This document shows, in pieces, positions 1 through 13,443 of a stretch of 64,000 nucleotides of DNA (position 1 is its first letter; each line of letters opens with the position of its first letter). The notes under the pieces are model-generated. The model saw only the letters and a list, made by a program, of their open reading frames with translations. It searched no databases and was not told the origin of the DNA. The position numbers and the translations under genes are program-made. This DNA comes from Albugo candida. Taxonomy: Eukaryota. The stretch lies in NCBI GenBank assembly GCA_040437565.1, contig JBDOQK010000040.1, positions 124,001 through 188,000 on the forward strand, read 5' to 3'.

Positions 1-529
1 AAAAATGGTCAACCCATTTGGTTGTTCCTTCAAATTCCATTCATTCCCATATACGAAGCGTAAATTTTAAATCTACTCATTTCGCTGAACATACAAAACC
101 GCATTATTTGGTCGAGCCATATCAGGTCGCTTGCAGAAGAATATGATTGGCTGTAATTGCACATCAATAATGGCTCGGATGATAGTTCGGCCGCCACGGG
201 CTCCAGTTTGGATGGTGGGATCACTCATGAGCGCTTGTGTTGGATCCTTGACTGATTTGGATTGTACAACCCGTTTCATGAAGGCCAAAATCACTCGAAG
301 TGTGAGCACGCGTTCCAGCATGAGAAACATGGCGTAGACCACAATGATGAGGTAGATCGCATAGTACATAAGGATTTTAGGATCGCCCAATAAATTGCCG
401 AAAATACCCATGACCACCAGTATACATCCGACTATACACGTCCACCAAGGCGCATCGACATCGCGTGGGACGTCGGCACGTTTTGCTTTCAGAGCCATGC
501 ACCCGCATGCAAAGAGCGTCATGAGACCG
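1..529 (-). pseudogene. 3' fragment of a duplicated amino-acid permease gene (paralog of 21413-23492)
   Basis: Near-identical to ~21610-22145 (GLMTLFACGCMALKAKRADVPRDVDAPWW...). Carries a premature TAG at 73-75 and a second stop two codons later where the paralog reads QTQNLRFVY. Truncated by the N gap at 530. Confidence 0.85.
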
Positions 530-629
530 NNNNNNNNNNNNNNNNNNNNNNNNNNNNNNNNNNNNNNNNNNNNNNNNNNNNNNNNNNNNNNNNNNNNNNN
601 NNNNNNNNNNNNNNNNNNNNNNNNNNNNN

Positions 630-1218
630 GTTGCCGCAAGAAACGAAAATCCCATTGGGTAAACGGCGCTCCAAGTCCCGAGTATGTCTCTTTCCCGTAG
701 AATGGCTGAATGGCTAGCTTCATATTCCTTATTGCTGAGAATCTTACTGGAATTAGCCCGTGCAGCGCATTATTCTGCACGGCATGGACAAATCTTCTCC
801 TCATCCCGCTTCCACGATGCTGCATTGGTTTTGCATCCACGGATGACATTGTCAAATCCTGTCCTTGGTTGCGCGGCCCAGCAAATAAGCTCTCTGCTCG
901 CGCGGATGGTGCTGGTACGAGCGAGCCGACGCTCCGCTCAGTTTTGATCTTGTCCAGTAATTTCCGAGTGTCTCCAGCATCATCATCATTCGGTCCATCT
1001 TCGACTCATCTGATACGTCGGATTCTTCCATGGTCTTGGCTGGTGGAATCTTGGTTGGGCTCATAACTTGTTGGCAGGTGAGCGAAGATGCGGTGGTCCA
1101 GGAAAATTGCCAAAACTGAGGTTTTACTTTTTTAGAAAATTAAAATCCTAACCAATCGTTTAAATTAAGTTCCAAGTGCGACCAGAAACCTAAAACACAT
1201 TGTTAAGTTCTTTCAACA
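630..1218 (-). mobile_element. 5' end of a Copia LTR retrotransposon (LTR, PBS, start of gag)
   Basis: 150-bp segment 1069-1218 has TGTTG...CAACA termini. On the minus strand it is followed by PBS AGTTATGAGCCC (1057-1068) and gag-like KLAIQPFYGKETYSGLGAPFTQWDFRFLRQ, which matches the gag at 51622-52092 (KLAIENFDGKEVYPALGAGFGPWGKRFLREI). Confidence 0.8.
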
Positions 1219-1899
1219 GTATATGCCTCTCTCTACCCGTAATTGATATCAAAACGCCGGTCTTGTAGAGATCTACTTGCTATAAATAATTTGAAAGACG
1301 GACCTTACCATCGAGAAAGAAAAGTTTTGCTATCTACGGCTTCATTTCAAACAGCAAAGAGGTGAACTTCTAAACAATTATGCATCGTAATTTTCAAATA
1401 TTATTTGTCTGAGAATTCCAAAAAATTAAGAAGTCAGGAAAATCGCAAAACTTTCAGTGTACCTTCTTTCATAAGTGTTCTCAGTTGATTTGAGAGAAGA
1501 ACATTTTGTTTGAATTTGGTCAAACGCTTATAGATGAGTGATAAAGATGCTGATTTTACTCAAATCAACTGATTTGGAATTTGGTCAAGAACCTGCAGCA
1601 TGTTATAATCTCTGGAAGTAGGGGCTTAAGCACCGCGATTTTAGACTTCAAATTTTCTATTTATTTCCATTTTTGCGTTCTCATCATCAAACATCTTGAT
1701 AGAGATTTGACGAGGGACATAAAGCAGAGCAACTTGTCACGATTATGACATTCATACGTTGCACTGTCTGGTAAAGCTTCGTTCTCTACATCAAATCGCC
1801 ATGCGTACATGTTCATTGCACCGACTAGTTTGGGATATCAAAATCTGACGCCAAGTTTACTTCGTAAGTTAATGTTTCATAAAGAGGGTTTTGAAAAGA

Positions 1900-2440
1900 T
1901 GAATGCAATGCACAAAGCTCGCTCATACCTTTAAATGCCAGATAAATCCAGAATCAATGACATCGTTTTCTTGCTTGTCGAATGAGTGCTTGAACGAAAG
2001 ATAATATAGTCGAATATTTAAAGAAGAAAGCGTGCGAATTCATCGGCGAACGGCCTCTCGCAGAAAATCAGATAGCTACTACTCGATCTCGCAAAATGTA
2101 GGCATGCCATGCCAACACCGAGACGGAAGCGTAAGTAAAGCTGCTAATGGAATAATTATCCAACCCGCCAATGCTGGAAGTCCAAGAAATAAAAGGCTCG
2201 GATTCGAATTCAAAATAACACAACCTCTTCAGCAGAGACCACATGATGTACCGCAGATAGACGAGAATTTCCAATGACTAGTTGTCTTATTTTACCATAG
2301 CGGAAGGGCTTTAGGAAAGTATTTCTTCGCAAACGTACGAACCGAGCGAAATTTCACGGACCCAGGTTGCAGTACCACCAAAACGGGAGTCGCTATTGGG
2401 TGGTAATGTTATATGTGGACGATATCCTGGTGAGAAAAAC
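1900..2440 (+). mobile_element. Degenerate Copia reverse-transcriptase remnant
   Basis: Reads ...WVVMLYVDDILV at ~2400-2435, the Copia RT YVDD motif. Surrounding frames are broken and the boundaries are approximate. Confidence 0.5.
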
Positions 2441-2449
2441 AATTGCATA

Positions 2450-4500
2450 TACCATTGTATCGACGATCAAAAGCTTATGAGGATTCTATCAAGTGTATAT
2501 CTTAGCCCAAACAGCAGGAATCAGAACTAGAAGTTCTCTATAGTGGATAGAACCGACATGTTTTCAATTAGAAATAGGATGACCTCGATAGCGAGAACGG
2601 CAATATACTAAGGGTAACCAATCTGCAGCTCCAGCGGCGAAGAGAAGGGAAGATTTCTAAATNNNNNNNNNNNNNNNNNNNNNNNNNNNNNNNNNNNNNN
2701 NNNNNNNNNNNNNNNNNNNNNNNNNNNNNNNNNNNNNNNNNNNNNNNNNNNNNNNNNNNNNNACGGCAATATACTAAGGGTAACCAATCTGCAGCTCCAG
2801 CGGCGAAGAGAAGGGAAGATTTCTAAATTAGAATTCAAGAAATTCTATGGTAAAGAAAAGTCCAGTCGTCGGCACTTTATCTTACTTTGTTCTGGCGTCA
2901 ACGCGGTCATTAATGTATGTACTTCATTTTCAGACTAGCCGTTGTCATGCAAAAAGGATGGCCGATTGGTCATCGGGAATGACAATCATGTGACATCCGA
3001 AGGTCACATTTTCTTTGTAATTTCATGATATTAGTGAGCAAAGCAACGTGAATTATGAACCCAGGCTGATATCGTTCCGGACGCAAGTTATGCAGCCGAT
3101 CGTGCAACGAGAGTGAATATCATAGACATTGAATTTTTAGAAAATNNNNNNNNNNNNNNNNNNNNNNNNNNNNNNNNNNNNNNNNNNNNNNNNNNNNNNN
3201 NNNNNNNNNNNNNNNNNNNNNNNNNNNNNNNNNNNNNNNNNNNNNAGCTGAAGAAGCTCCAAACGCTTCTTGTATATAAATGGGTATGGCTTAAACTGTC
3301 TGCCGTCATGCAACGAAAAGACTTACGAGAACAAGACGATGACCGATATGTGCATTCCGAAAGGGATAGTACCCCAGCAAACGATGCATCCAGTAGAGCT
3401 GAGTAGCGGAACAGAACATCACACGATCTTGGAGAGGGCAACGATCATGAACCACCACGAACGTGTGTCTACGGATTAGTGGTCGAAGCCTATAGCCCAG
3501 CTCTGTATCACATGAAGCGTCCCAGTAACACGACACACAAGTAATTGATGCATTTTGAGTTGGATTTATGGGAAAGCCTAGTATGGAGCATTATGAGAGC
3601 TTTCTTCGTAGGCTGTGCTCATATTGGCGATTTGATATGACGAAACTCGAATCAAACGTTTTCGCTCCATATTTCTCGCACACGCAGAAAATGTCGATGA
3701 ACATAAAATCCGTGTTTGACTTATGCTTGAGATCACGATGCCACAATCGATATAGCTAGACGAGGGTGAAGTGGCAGGCATTTATGACACGCACTCGCCA
3801 CAATGAGAACAGTCAGCATTTTAATTTGGAAGACTTCGACGATGAATGGGGTCCTGCGCCCGAACAGCCCAGGACGGGTAGGGATGAGCAAATAGAATTT
3901 ACCGGGCAAGCTATCTAGGTTTGTGGAGAGGAACGAGATGGAACGTTTGCTTTAACAGCGTCGTCCCATGTACGCTTTATTCAGTTCGCATGCACGAAAC
4001 CATACTGGGACGCTCGTTATATCTGGTATGCCTATCGATTGCGCAAAAAGAATGACGATAATGGTCGTGGGATTTGATATGAAGCTTGGCTTGTTGCGCA
4101 AGGTGTGCCGCATACCACTACATGATGGAACGATTGAACGGGGATACAGCGTACCTGAAGAGCGGCCTAAGGGAAATGGTCCATATGAACTTAACATTCG
4201 GGGTGGAGGATGCCAAATGTATGGTGTGCAAGCTGGAGAAGGCGATCTACGGTTCGAATCCGGCAGTAAGCTCTTGGAATGAAACCATTCGGGATCTGAC
4301 CTTAGAATGAGTTTCAAGGACTATGTTGCGGAGCTATGTGTCGATGTGAAGCGTACCCGGGATGGTGTCGTATACGTACGTCTGTATGCGGATGAAATAT
4401 ATCTTGTGACGAAGAGGATAGAGGAGGCGAAGGTCACAGTTCTATCGCAGCGAGTGTGTGTTGAACTGACACCGCCAAACGGTTAGCTGCAACGCTCTTT
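2450..4500 (+). mobile_element. Degenerate Copia fragment (gag-integrase-RT), inverted copy at 13444-15012
   Basis: Gag-like KISKLEFKKFYGKE (~2815-2860). Integrase-like VPQQ...TILERATIMNHHERVSTD*W (~3370-3485). RT-like YEAWLVAQG and VCKLEKAIYG...WNETI...VYVRLYADE (4075-4400). Many stops and frameshifts. Confidence 0.75.
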
Positions 4501-6682
4501 AGCTTGATTCTCAAAAATCGTTCTTTTTAGGAGACTATGCCATCAAAATGTCAGCAACTTAACATTATATTCCTTAGTATTAACCTTCTGCTTTCTTCCT
4601 ATTTGTGAATACAATATCTCACCGTAGATACCTCTGCGTACACGTCTAGCGACCAATATAATGCCAAGTATTGATTGTTACAGATAGGAGTACGACAAAA
4701 ATAGGAAAGTGATTTTATCTGGTTTGCGACATCAACTACTTGATTATCCTGTGGTTCTTTTACTTCTTGCAGGTCATTTGGCGGATCCGACTATCAAAAT
4801 TGCTGTTGTTGGAAAGTGGACAAACTCTAGGATACATTGGAGTGTAAAGATGCATGAACCATACTTTCTTCTACGTTTGATTGCTATATTATGGAGATCT
4901 TAACCGTTTCAACCGTATGCAAGGTACTATCTGAAGAGAAATGCGAAATGAACATTGGCTAACCACTTTGCAAGGGCAGGTGGACTTTTTCCATAGATGG
5001 AGGCATTCGATATGAAACAATAGAGGACAATTTGAAGGTGCTAATTTAGTGAGATTGTTGTTACTTTCATGTCTCTGCGAGAATGCACAGTACCGATGCT
5101 GCTGCTGAAAAAAGTAGGCAGAGAACTTTTTAATAGTTTAGAGGTGCACATGGTCGACTATACAAGAATGAGTACCGAGATTGTTTTTGAAGACTATCTC
5201 CACATGTTGCTTCACTCACCTCGTTTAGAAAGTAAGGTTATTCCTTTATAGAGCATTGAGAACAGCGCTGAGTTTGAAAAATAGGATTGTACAACAGTAA
5301 TTGTTTGACAACACGAAGTTTTCAAGAAAATTCTGTACTGGAAGTAAAATAGGTGACGTATATCGCTCAAACAACACGGGATAAAGGAATTGTTCGCTAC
5401 CATTACACTGAAAATTTATTCTATCAGAATAGCTAATAATCCATCGAGGATTGCTGAGTGTAATCACTTTGATCAGAGTGGCGTATTGATGTATACCTTT
5501 CAATTAATCACTCCTGTGCGTTCGGATTTTGATCGTGAAGAAAGCAGAAGTAGATATGCTACACATCAACCACGCCGCATGCTTTTTGTATCGGGGATAG
5601 GAAACTTTAGTGCAATTTCACTCTACGAAAAAGGCTAGAGGAAAACAAGCGATACTCTTTAAGGTTCAAACGCAGGAAGAAGTGAAAGCTCGTAGACCTT
5701 TTATTCATACACAAGATCGCAAAGATCATCTATGACTCCTATCTTAAAACTCTTTTGTACTTTCTTACCACCCGATGCGTCAAATAATTTGTTTGCTCGT
5801 TGTGACTGCTTATAGTCCCCGAGCGAAGATTGATATGAGTCCTTGATGATTTCTGCCGGATTTGACAGGATTATTGGACATTACTTCGATCTTAATCCAT
5901 CTCAATTGACGCCTTCTTCTGCTCGATCAAACTGATTGCTTTTTATAAAAAAACGGCTTGTAGAAGTCACTGCAGCCTATTAAGCATACTTCTTCAAAAC
6001 TAGGTATCTATGATACTCCAACCCAGGGGTTTGGCTCCCACCACTCCAAATCAAACCTCAATTAGCATCTTTTTACTTGGCATAATGGCGACGAACAAGT
6101 CCTCTAGTTGCACGAAAGAACTGGCCAGGAAAACATCACATGTTAGAGTTTGCTTAAACGAACACTGAATCTGTCTTGAGCCTTAAACTTGTCGATCCTG
6201 CTTCGATTAAATTATTTGATGGCTATAATCTCTTAAAAAAATGAATATCACCCGAGTATATTACTCAATTCTTGCCCAGAAATCGCTTGTACCCATTAAG
6301 CTTGTAAACTATCACAATCATCAGACCAAAACCTTTCTCGTGTTACGTAGGTTGGTTACTACTTGAGAGTCTATCGCTTTTTGCACGAAATGTAGGCGTT
6401 TGATGTTGGATATATCGCTCTTGCGCTTTAACAAGAGTGACACGTTGTTCGATCAGATGATTGTGGTAACGACACGATGACAAGACAAGTTCGTGGTAGC
6501 TCTACATAGCATTGCGGGTGAGAATATGATACGATATGAAGGATAGGAATAGGAGCGGTGTGATGACGAGAGTAGGTAGAAAAGCCCACTTACTCTTTTT
6601 CAACTGCACGGCGACATATTATAACAAACATCGTATGCTCACCTTACCCTCTAAAAGCAAATAAAGAGTATTGATAAAGCAT
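4500..6682. repeat. Diverged segmental duplicate, inverted relative to ~17015-19020, carrying decayed ORFs
   Basis: Collinear reverse-complement similarity. Examples: 5803-5830 tgactgcttatagtccccgagc vs 17853-17875; 6340-6390 vs 17310-17360; 5250-5270 agagcattgagaacagcgct vs 18408-18428. Confidence 0.85.
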
Positions 6683-9600
6683 TGTAGTAAACGTATCCTG
6701 GAAGGACTTGATCATTCTTTCAAAAGTACACACTCTAGGTAGTTGCATTCACACAATAAATATACAAAATCATTTTAACTCTTCCCATTTTGACAGGCTA
6801 GTATATGCGAAAGCCCAGACCCGAAAGTCTACAAACAGCCTCGGTAGGCTCAGACTCCTTCCGAAGAAGCGCTTGTGAGAAAATTTCACGTATGGATTGA
6901 TGGCACCCTGATCTGTCTCTCAGTTTCGATGCAACAAGTCACAGACGGCTTCCGTTATTGTAGCTTCTCCGTGTTGATCACCGCAAAGATCAAGCAAAAA
7001 GAAATGTGTATTAAATTTTTATGCCTGCTATGCTTGAGCTAATCGGGTTGTTCTACATTAGCTACTCAATCCTCACTTCGCACGGGACACAAGGGATTTA
7101 GATCCCATCACTTCTTCCGCTGTGCGTCCCCATCATTCGACCACCATATCGCTTTAGCTGTGGGATTGTCTTCGACCCAAATCGTCAGCAGGACCGGGAC
7201 ATATCATGCATTATAGCAGCGGGCTACCAGCTGCTTTCCACGCTATCTAACCCGACTCATTCGACCAGGATTTCCCATGTCTGTGTATCGCGATTGAGAC
7301 GGCATTCTAAGAATCGTTTTACAAAATGGCCTCCATTCTTGAACACAATATGATCGTTTAGATCCTTCGTGACCTCCAAATGGCTTTCTTTATAAATCCG
7401 TGGGCGTGAAGCGTGATCCATGTGGACATCGTAGGGCTCCACTAGTTCCTGAATTTCTCAAACCCAATCGTTCAAAGGAGACATCACATGTATGGTCTCT
7501 TTCAACGTAAGACCAATTTCTTTGCGTGCTTGGTGACGTGGCAGGACAAGACAAAATCCCCAATTCCAAAATTGGTACACATGGCGCCCTTTTTATTGCT
7601 ATGGCGGCGCCTTGCTACCTCGTTATTTTGTTCCGTGGCCTTAGATAACGCCTGATGCATATATTCCAGTGTTTCTTAAAGGCTTTTAATGGACTCTTGC
7701 TGTTTTACATTACAGCTCCACCTCGGTCATAGACGCCAAATCATCCTGTTCCATCGGGTGATACATCACGCTGATAGGATCCCCTTCTGAAAGTGCCGTA
7801 AGCTCTGTAACTAGTGCAGACCCATTCAGCCGAGCCGATGGTAGCTGATTAACCGCCGATGGACAGAGCGGCAACAAACTGGGCCATTGCGCAATCCTCA
7901 GCTTTCTCTCGCTCAAAAGACATCGCATTGTCTTGAATAGATGATGAAGGTGTAATGCCCACGGACAATAAGCCTTCAAGAAATGATGTTTTGCGCGTAG
8001 AAGTTGGAAAGTTCCGACATTACTTCATGCTTGAAATGGGACCCGCTATCGGACAACCAGACTGAAACCGCGCCATACCTATTAAACCAATGCAGTATTG
8101 CTGCCACAGTGACATCGATGTTGGCCACCCCACAGGAATCAACTCGCAAAACCNNNNNNNNNNNNNNNNNNNNNNNNNNNNNNNNNNNNNNNNNNNNNNN
8201 NNNNNNNNNNNNNNNNNNNNNNNNNNNNNNNNNNNNNNNNNNNNNNNNNNNNNGAAGGTGTAATGCCCACGGACAATAAGCCTTCAAGAAATGATGTTTT
8301 GCGCGTAGAAGTTGGAAAGTTCCGACATTACTTCATGCTTGAAATGGGACCCGCTATCGGACAACCAGACTGAAACCGCGCCATACCTATTAAACCAATG
8401 CAGTATTGCTGCCACAGTGACATCGATGTTGGCCACCCCACAGGAATCAACTCGCAAAACCCGCTAGTTTCATCTTTCAATACGATCACATAATGATACC
8501 CTCCAACACCTGCAGGAATTGACAAAAAAGCGAAAGTAACATTTCGTTCGGTTTGGTGGCTCTCAGAATTTTTCAAAATGGACGAGGACATCTTTCTCCT
8601 CGCGATTTAAGGCAGTGTATACATAGTAGCACAAATTCCTTCACGTCACGATTCATTGAGCTCCATGTTACATGCTTTGACAATAGCTGAAATGTCGTCG
8701 GGATAAGTCGATAACCTGCACATCCTGCATGAGCCAAGATACAAAGTCATTTCTGGACATTGATGGCACTATTTGAGATCCAAATGCGGTCGTCCACATC
8801 TACAGATACGCCGCGCTTCTTTTCCTCTGTTAATGAGGACTTTTAAGAAAGCGTGCTGTCTTCCGAAGATGATTATAACACTCTGATTGGCTCCAACGAC
8901 GGCCATTCAAAAGCAGTAATTTCCAAAGACGATGCCTTTTGTTCAACAGCTAGAGCATGACATTTGGTTGTCGTTTGTTTCATCCCTTTACTTGGCGATC
9001 TCCAACGAGATAGCATATCCACCCAGACGTTATCATCCCCAGCTACATATTCGATCACATAACGAAAAGGTTGCAAGACCATTGCCCATCGTTGAAGCTT
9101 GTCCACTTTGTATCTTGCAATGGCGGTATCCACGCTTTTTGGTTCGAAAATGAATTTTCGATTCCGGTGTTCGTCGAAAATATGTCATATGTTCATCGAA
9201 AATATGGAAAGCTCTCTCTCGCGGTAAAAGATGCTCCAATCGCTTACACGTCTCCACAATGACGAAATCTTCAATTTCTACAGTTGTCCAACGTGCAGTG
9301 GCTCCTGCCTTGCTCGCTGAGTGCATTTCCAGCTCTCCCGGCCCCACTTGAGTAACAATCGCTCCTCAGTGATCTTGAGAGGGGTCCGTATAGACACTTA
9401 CCTCCCAGTCCTCTTTTGGGTGTGCCATCGGTACCATCACGCAGAGTGCGTGCATCCTTTATCAGCTGCTCCAGCTTTCTATTCTTTCTGCTTCCCGCCG
9501 CTCTCATGTTTTGTTCCATCAAATACTGAAGGGTTTGTACCATCGCCGATGGTTTGATATGTTTATTCCGCATCCAATTCACCGAAGAAAAAAATTGCTG

Positions 9601-10900
9601 AATATATGCCGCAGTGCTTGTTCGTCCCAATTCGCATAAGCCTTGAATCCGTTCGGCGCAACGACTCACTCCATTCCCGGAAGTCTTCTTTTTGCACCAC
9701 ACAGTCACGAAAGTGAGAAAACAACACTTTTTGGATAGAGCTTCACACCAAGTCTTTCACATCTATCAAGAACGGTCTCCAGAATATCAAGAAGTCTCGT
9801 TTCTGTTTCCGCATAACCTAAAATGTCGTCCAGCCATACTTGAACACATTTTATCGAGGACGGGTTTCAATACTCGCTCAGCAACCTTCTGTGCAAAAGC
9901 GACAGCGTCATTTGAACCCATAATAACTCGATTTTCCGTATTAAGTCCTTCAGGTGCTACCACAGTAAAATAATCCCGACGGCTTTCATGTAGCGGTATT
10001 TGCCAGTAGAAACGAGAACAATCCGACGAAAAATAACACCGTGATCCATCGAGACTTTCGAGAACTACTAGAACCACTTTCAAATGTCGCAACGGCCACG
10101 TCATTGGAATTGTGAGCGCATTTACCGCACGAAGTTACACCGTCATTCGATAGCTTCCGACGTCTTTTTTTGCAACAATTCGAGATGCGCTACCCCATCT
10201 TGAGTCGGGATTCCGATACATTAAGTTGTGTTGTTCGAGACTGGATATATGTTGCTTCAGAAAATCTCGATGTAATGGCGATAGCCTCTGAGCCTCGTAA
10301 TCACCGGTTCAATCCCTTCTTTTATATGAACCTTAAGGGGAGGGACTTTTACTGGGGGGGTCCGTCGCATATTCCACCCGAAAAAGATCCTGATACCGGT
10401 AAAGCAGTGACGTCAGTCGTGAAACTGATTCCTCTCTCTCCTACTTTTTTTTTGCTTCGAAGACTTTTGACTCGAGAATTGTCTTAATAGAATCTCTTTG
10501 GGTCTCATCGTTGACCACCTCCGGCAAGATCATTTAGGATTCTCTCTCATCCATTTTGCTACTGTCCTTGACATGGAACGCCTCGTCGCATTGTTCTCAC
10601 ACATGACATGGAGGGGTACTGCCTTCCTTACTGTGTTTGATCCCCAAGCGTCCTAAATTTCTTTTTCTTTGTCTTGCTGCTCCCAAAATATCATCGGCGG
10701 AATATAGCAGCTACTCCATTATGCATCGATCAATCAATAGCTTCAGCGATTTGTCTTTTTCGTTTACCATCACCTCCAGATTTCTCCAGATTTAAAGGTC
10801 CAGTCGACGTAGAAAATTCTACGCAATATAACATAACCCGGCGCTTTATCCAGATTGGAGTGTCTCCTACCGCGTTTATCGTACCCCCGGGCTTGGAACA
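6683..10900 (-). mobile_element. Degenerate Ty3/Gypsy chromovirus-type retrotransposon
   Basis: Minus-strand domain order is protease-like (~10730-10900), RT (SRFYWQIPL...VIMGSNDAVAF, 9787-10104), RNase H (KLQRWAMVLQ), integrase (WLSDSGSHFK, AYCPWA) and chromodomain (ECRLNRDTQTWEILVE*...SSW, 7200-7440). Putative 3' LTR is 6683-7057 (TGTAG...CTACA) with a purine-rich tract beside it. No 5' LTR seen. Confidence 0.85.
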
Positions 10901-10914
10901 GATGCAAGACAATT

Positions 10915-13060
10915 GAGATCCTTCTTAAAAAGGCGCTACCTGTGCGGAGGCAAGACCGAATAACGCTCTTGCAACTTTCTCATAGTTTCCGAAAAGCTTG
11001 TGTTTTTTTTCTAACGAGGCATTGCATGTTACAGTGTGGGATGTGCAAGCTTGTGAAGCTACCAGTGCTCATGGAAATGAGCTTCATGCAAGATTAACCC
11101 CATCTTTTGCAGCTCTTTGATGGAATGAGAGCAAGGTAATCCTGTAGTTCTCGTATATGTCTTAGTGCACTTTCCATCGTTCTCCATCGATAATGCCTTT
11201 TGGTACTGCTTAAAAAACCTGCAGAAAAAAAATATGGTCAGTACATACCTTGACAGCAACTGTACAGAACTGCTTTTATACACTGGTATTACATTCTTCA
11301 TTCAATGCATAATATGAGATCTTTCACAGTTGTCCAGAAGCTTCCACTAAGGCGGACGATAATGTGTGAACGATCGTATGCAGTTTTTTGACTTATTCCT
11401 TGGCGCTGCTGTTGAGCTTGGATAACCAATCTCTCATAGACTGTTGCCAAATATCCTTTTAAACTGTAGGCAATGTCTTCAAGGTTGCATGTCCGCCTTC
11501 AGCGCGAGATGCAGCTACATGCCCAAAATGCTTCATTTTTTTCGTCCAAGCAAAGATAAATTTCTCCTGGTGCGGAATCCATTTGAAGTGTAAATACGCA
11601 CATCCAGTCTCATTTCAATAGCATCTTTGAGTAGCACCCAATTCTCTCCAAATTCCTGTCAATTGGTAGAGCAGTACAATCAGTGCTACTTTCTGAAAAA
11701 TTCGTTCGAGTCTTCGTCATTTGCAAAGTGCTTCTTATCGTTTGCCAGGACATTCTTATGAAATATGCCATTTGCAAAGCTGATTCTTCGTTTCTAGTCG
11801 AACCCGTGAGATTGCAGCGATCAATGCCAATTTTCTGTCAGTTACAATGACAATCGGCTCAGTGATTCTACCTTGAAAAACTATCCTCATTTTCCAAGTG
11901 CCCAAATGATCTCATCTTCTTAGTCGTGTCGCAAAAAAACATAGTGAAGGGAATGTGACTGGTTTGTGCATGCCACACCCATGACATGGAGCAATGGCAT
12001 TTGAAACCTGCGGATTTCGTCTGCTCTTAGTTAATGTTGGGCAAAGATCTATTGCAAAGCATTTTAATCACCTGTTGGTTTTGTATTTCGAAAATTCGCT
12101 ATAAGAATCTCCCCGAATAAAAATGGTAAATCTCCCTCCAGCATTCTTGTTTGGACGGCTAGGACCTTTGTCAACATCCTTAAACCCAAGGGCTCTCCCT
12201 TTATCCGCATCCCAGGATTATTTATGGTTACAATCGTAATACTGTCCCAGCATTCTTTTGACATGGTCCGTGCAAGTTATCTGTCGAGATAGAAGGCTTA
12301 GGTGCAATCAAGAGGCGTGTTAATTGATCCGATGAGGGATTCCGATCAAGCTCATGCCTAATGGCACTTTCCTCTAGTGTGTCCAGCTGTGCTTTTGGAG
12401 GGCACGATCAAGGAGGAATTCCGCTCGTTCACATTTAAAAAAATTGTAAATGTCTTCCTTGGGGGCAACAAAAGCAGGATCAGACTGCTTTATCGTGCTT
12501 AAAATTAACCGAGGAGCTGCTTCGCCTTTTATGAAGTCCAGAATTTGCTGCTTCTGCACCTGGTTCACTACCCTGGCTTCTGGAAATAATGCAAGATTCT
12601 CTGCTTCCTATAGATTTTGAGTTGCAACGACCACACTCACTCGCCATTCTTGCACCAAATTTTGATTCAGTTGGCGTTGAATAGTGACTAATCATGGGCA
12701 CATTAGAAGCCGCGTTGATGTTTGGCGGATCCTCGTGCCCCAGTTTTTGTACCGACCACCGTGGACGCAAACAAGCCACACCTTCTAAGTATTTCCGTAC
12801 TTGTCGGCCTTTGTACGGCCTTTCTTTGTGGAATAGCCTTCTTGTACAGTAATATTTGAACTGCCTCTTCTGCAATCCCATAGATCACATAGGTTTTTTC
12901 TGTGGGTGTACCAATCGGCAGAGTGAGGAAAGAGTATTCACGTTAGCGTGCTTATAGCAATGAATGTAGTTGTAAAGCGAGTTTTTTTAAAACTAGGGTG
13001 TGTGGCGATACCCGTTCCCATTTGATTAGGATGTTTAGGGTGTGTGGCTATACCGGCTTC
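10915..13060 (-). mobile_element. Degenerate MULE/Mutator-like transposase (FAR1 + MULE DDE + SWIM)
   Basis: FAR1-like VWLVCVHGG...TSTRLLMCP (12690-12790). MULE core LLHVMGVA..., VIVTDRKLALIAAI, CKWHI (11760-12000). SWIM-like TTGLPCSH (~11130). Multiple stops; ends uncertain. Confidence 0.8.
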
Positions 13061-13443
13061 CTAATTTATTTTGTTTTATCTATTTAAACCAAACAGAGGA
13101 TACAAAAGCCATCAATTTATAGAGTCTGGTGGCGGATAAGAGAAAAGGTGGAGACTGAATAACGGCTCCTTTTATTTTGGCAATAAGCTACACACATTCT
13201 GATTGGCTAGCGAACAGGCAACTGTCTTGTTAGTTGCATAAAATTAAAAATACCAAATTTGGCCAGAAAAAATCAGGAATTGATGGTTATAGATGTCTCG
13301 CATTGTATGGGTCATTATGATAAGTTGCTGACATAATGATGGCAAATTGCAAAGCGATATTATTGAAGTTAACTCAATTTACTATATAATTGCTTTATGT
13401 ACAGTACAGTCTCTGTGATACAAGCACTTTTGATATTTACCGC

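Noticed and set aside
73-855. 260-aa ORF apparently fusing Copia gag to a permease
   Set aside because: The fusion is read through an N gap of arbitrary length.
7945-8460. Apparent exact tandem duplications flanking N gaps (also 2595-2828, 15826-16022, 20515-20984, 34562-35209, 39926-40546, 54199-54678)
   Set aside because: Each is an identical sequence on both sides of a fixed 100-N gap, i.e. unmerged contig overlap rather than biology.
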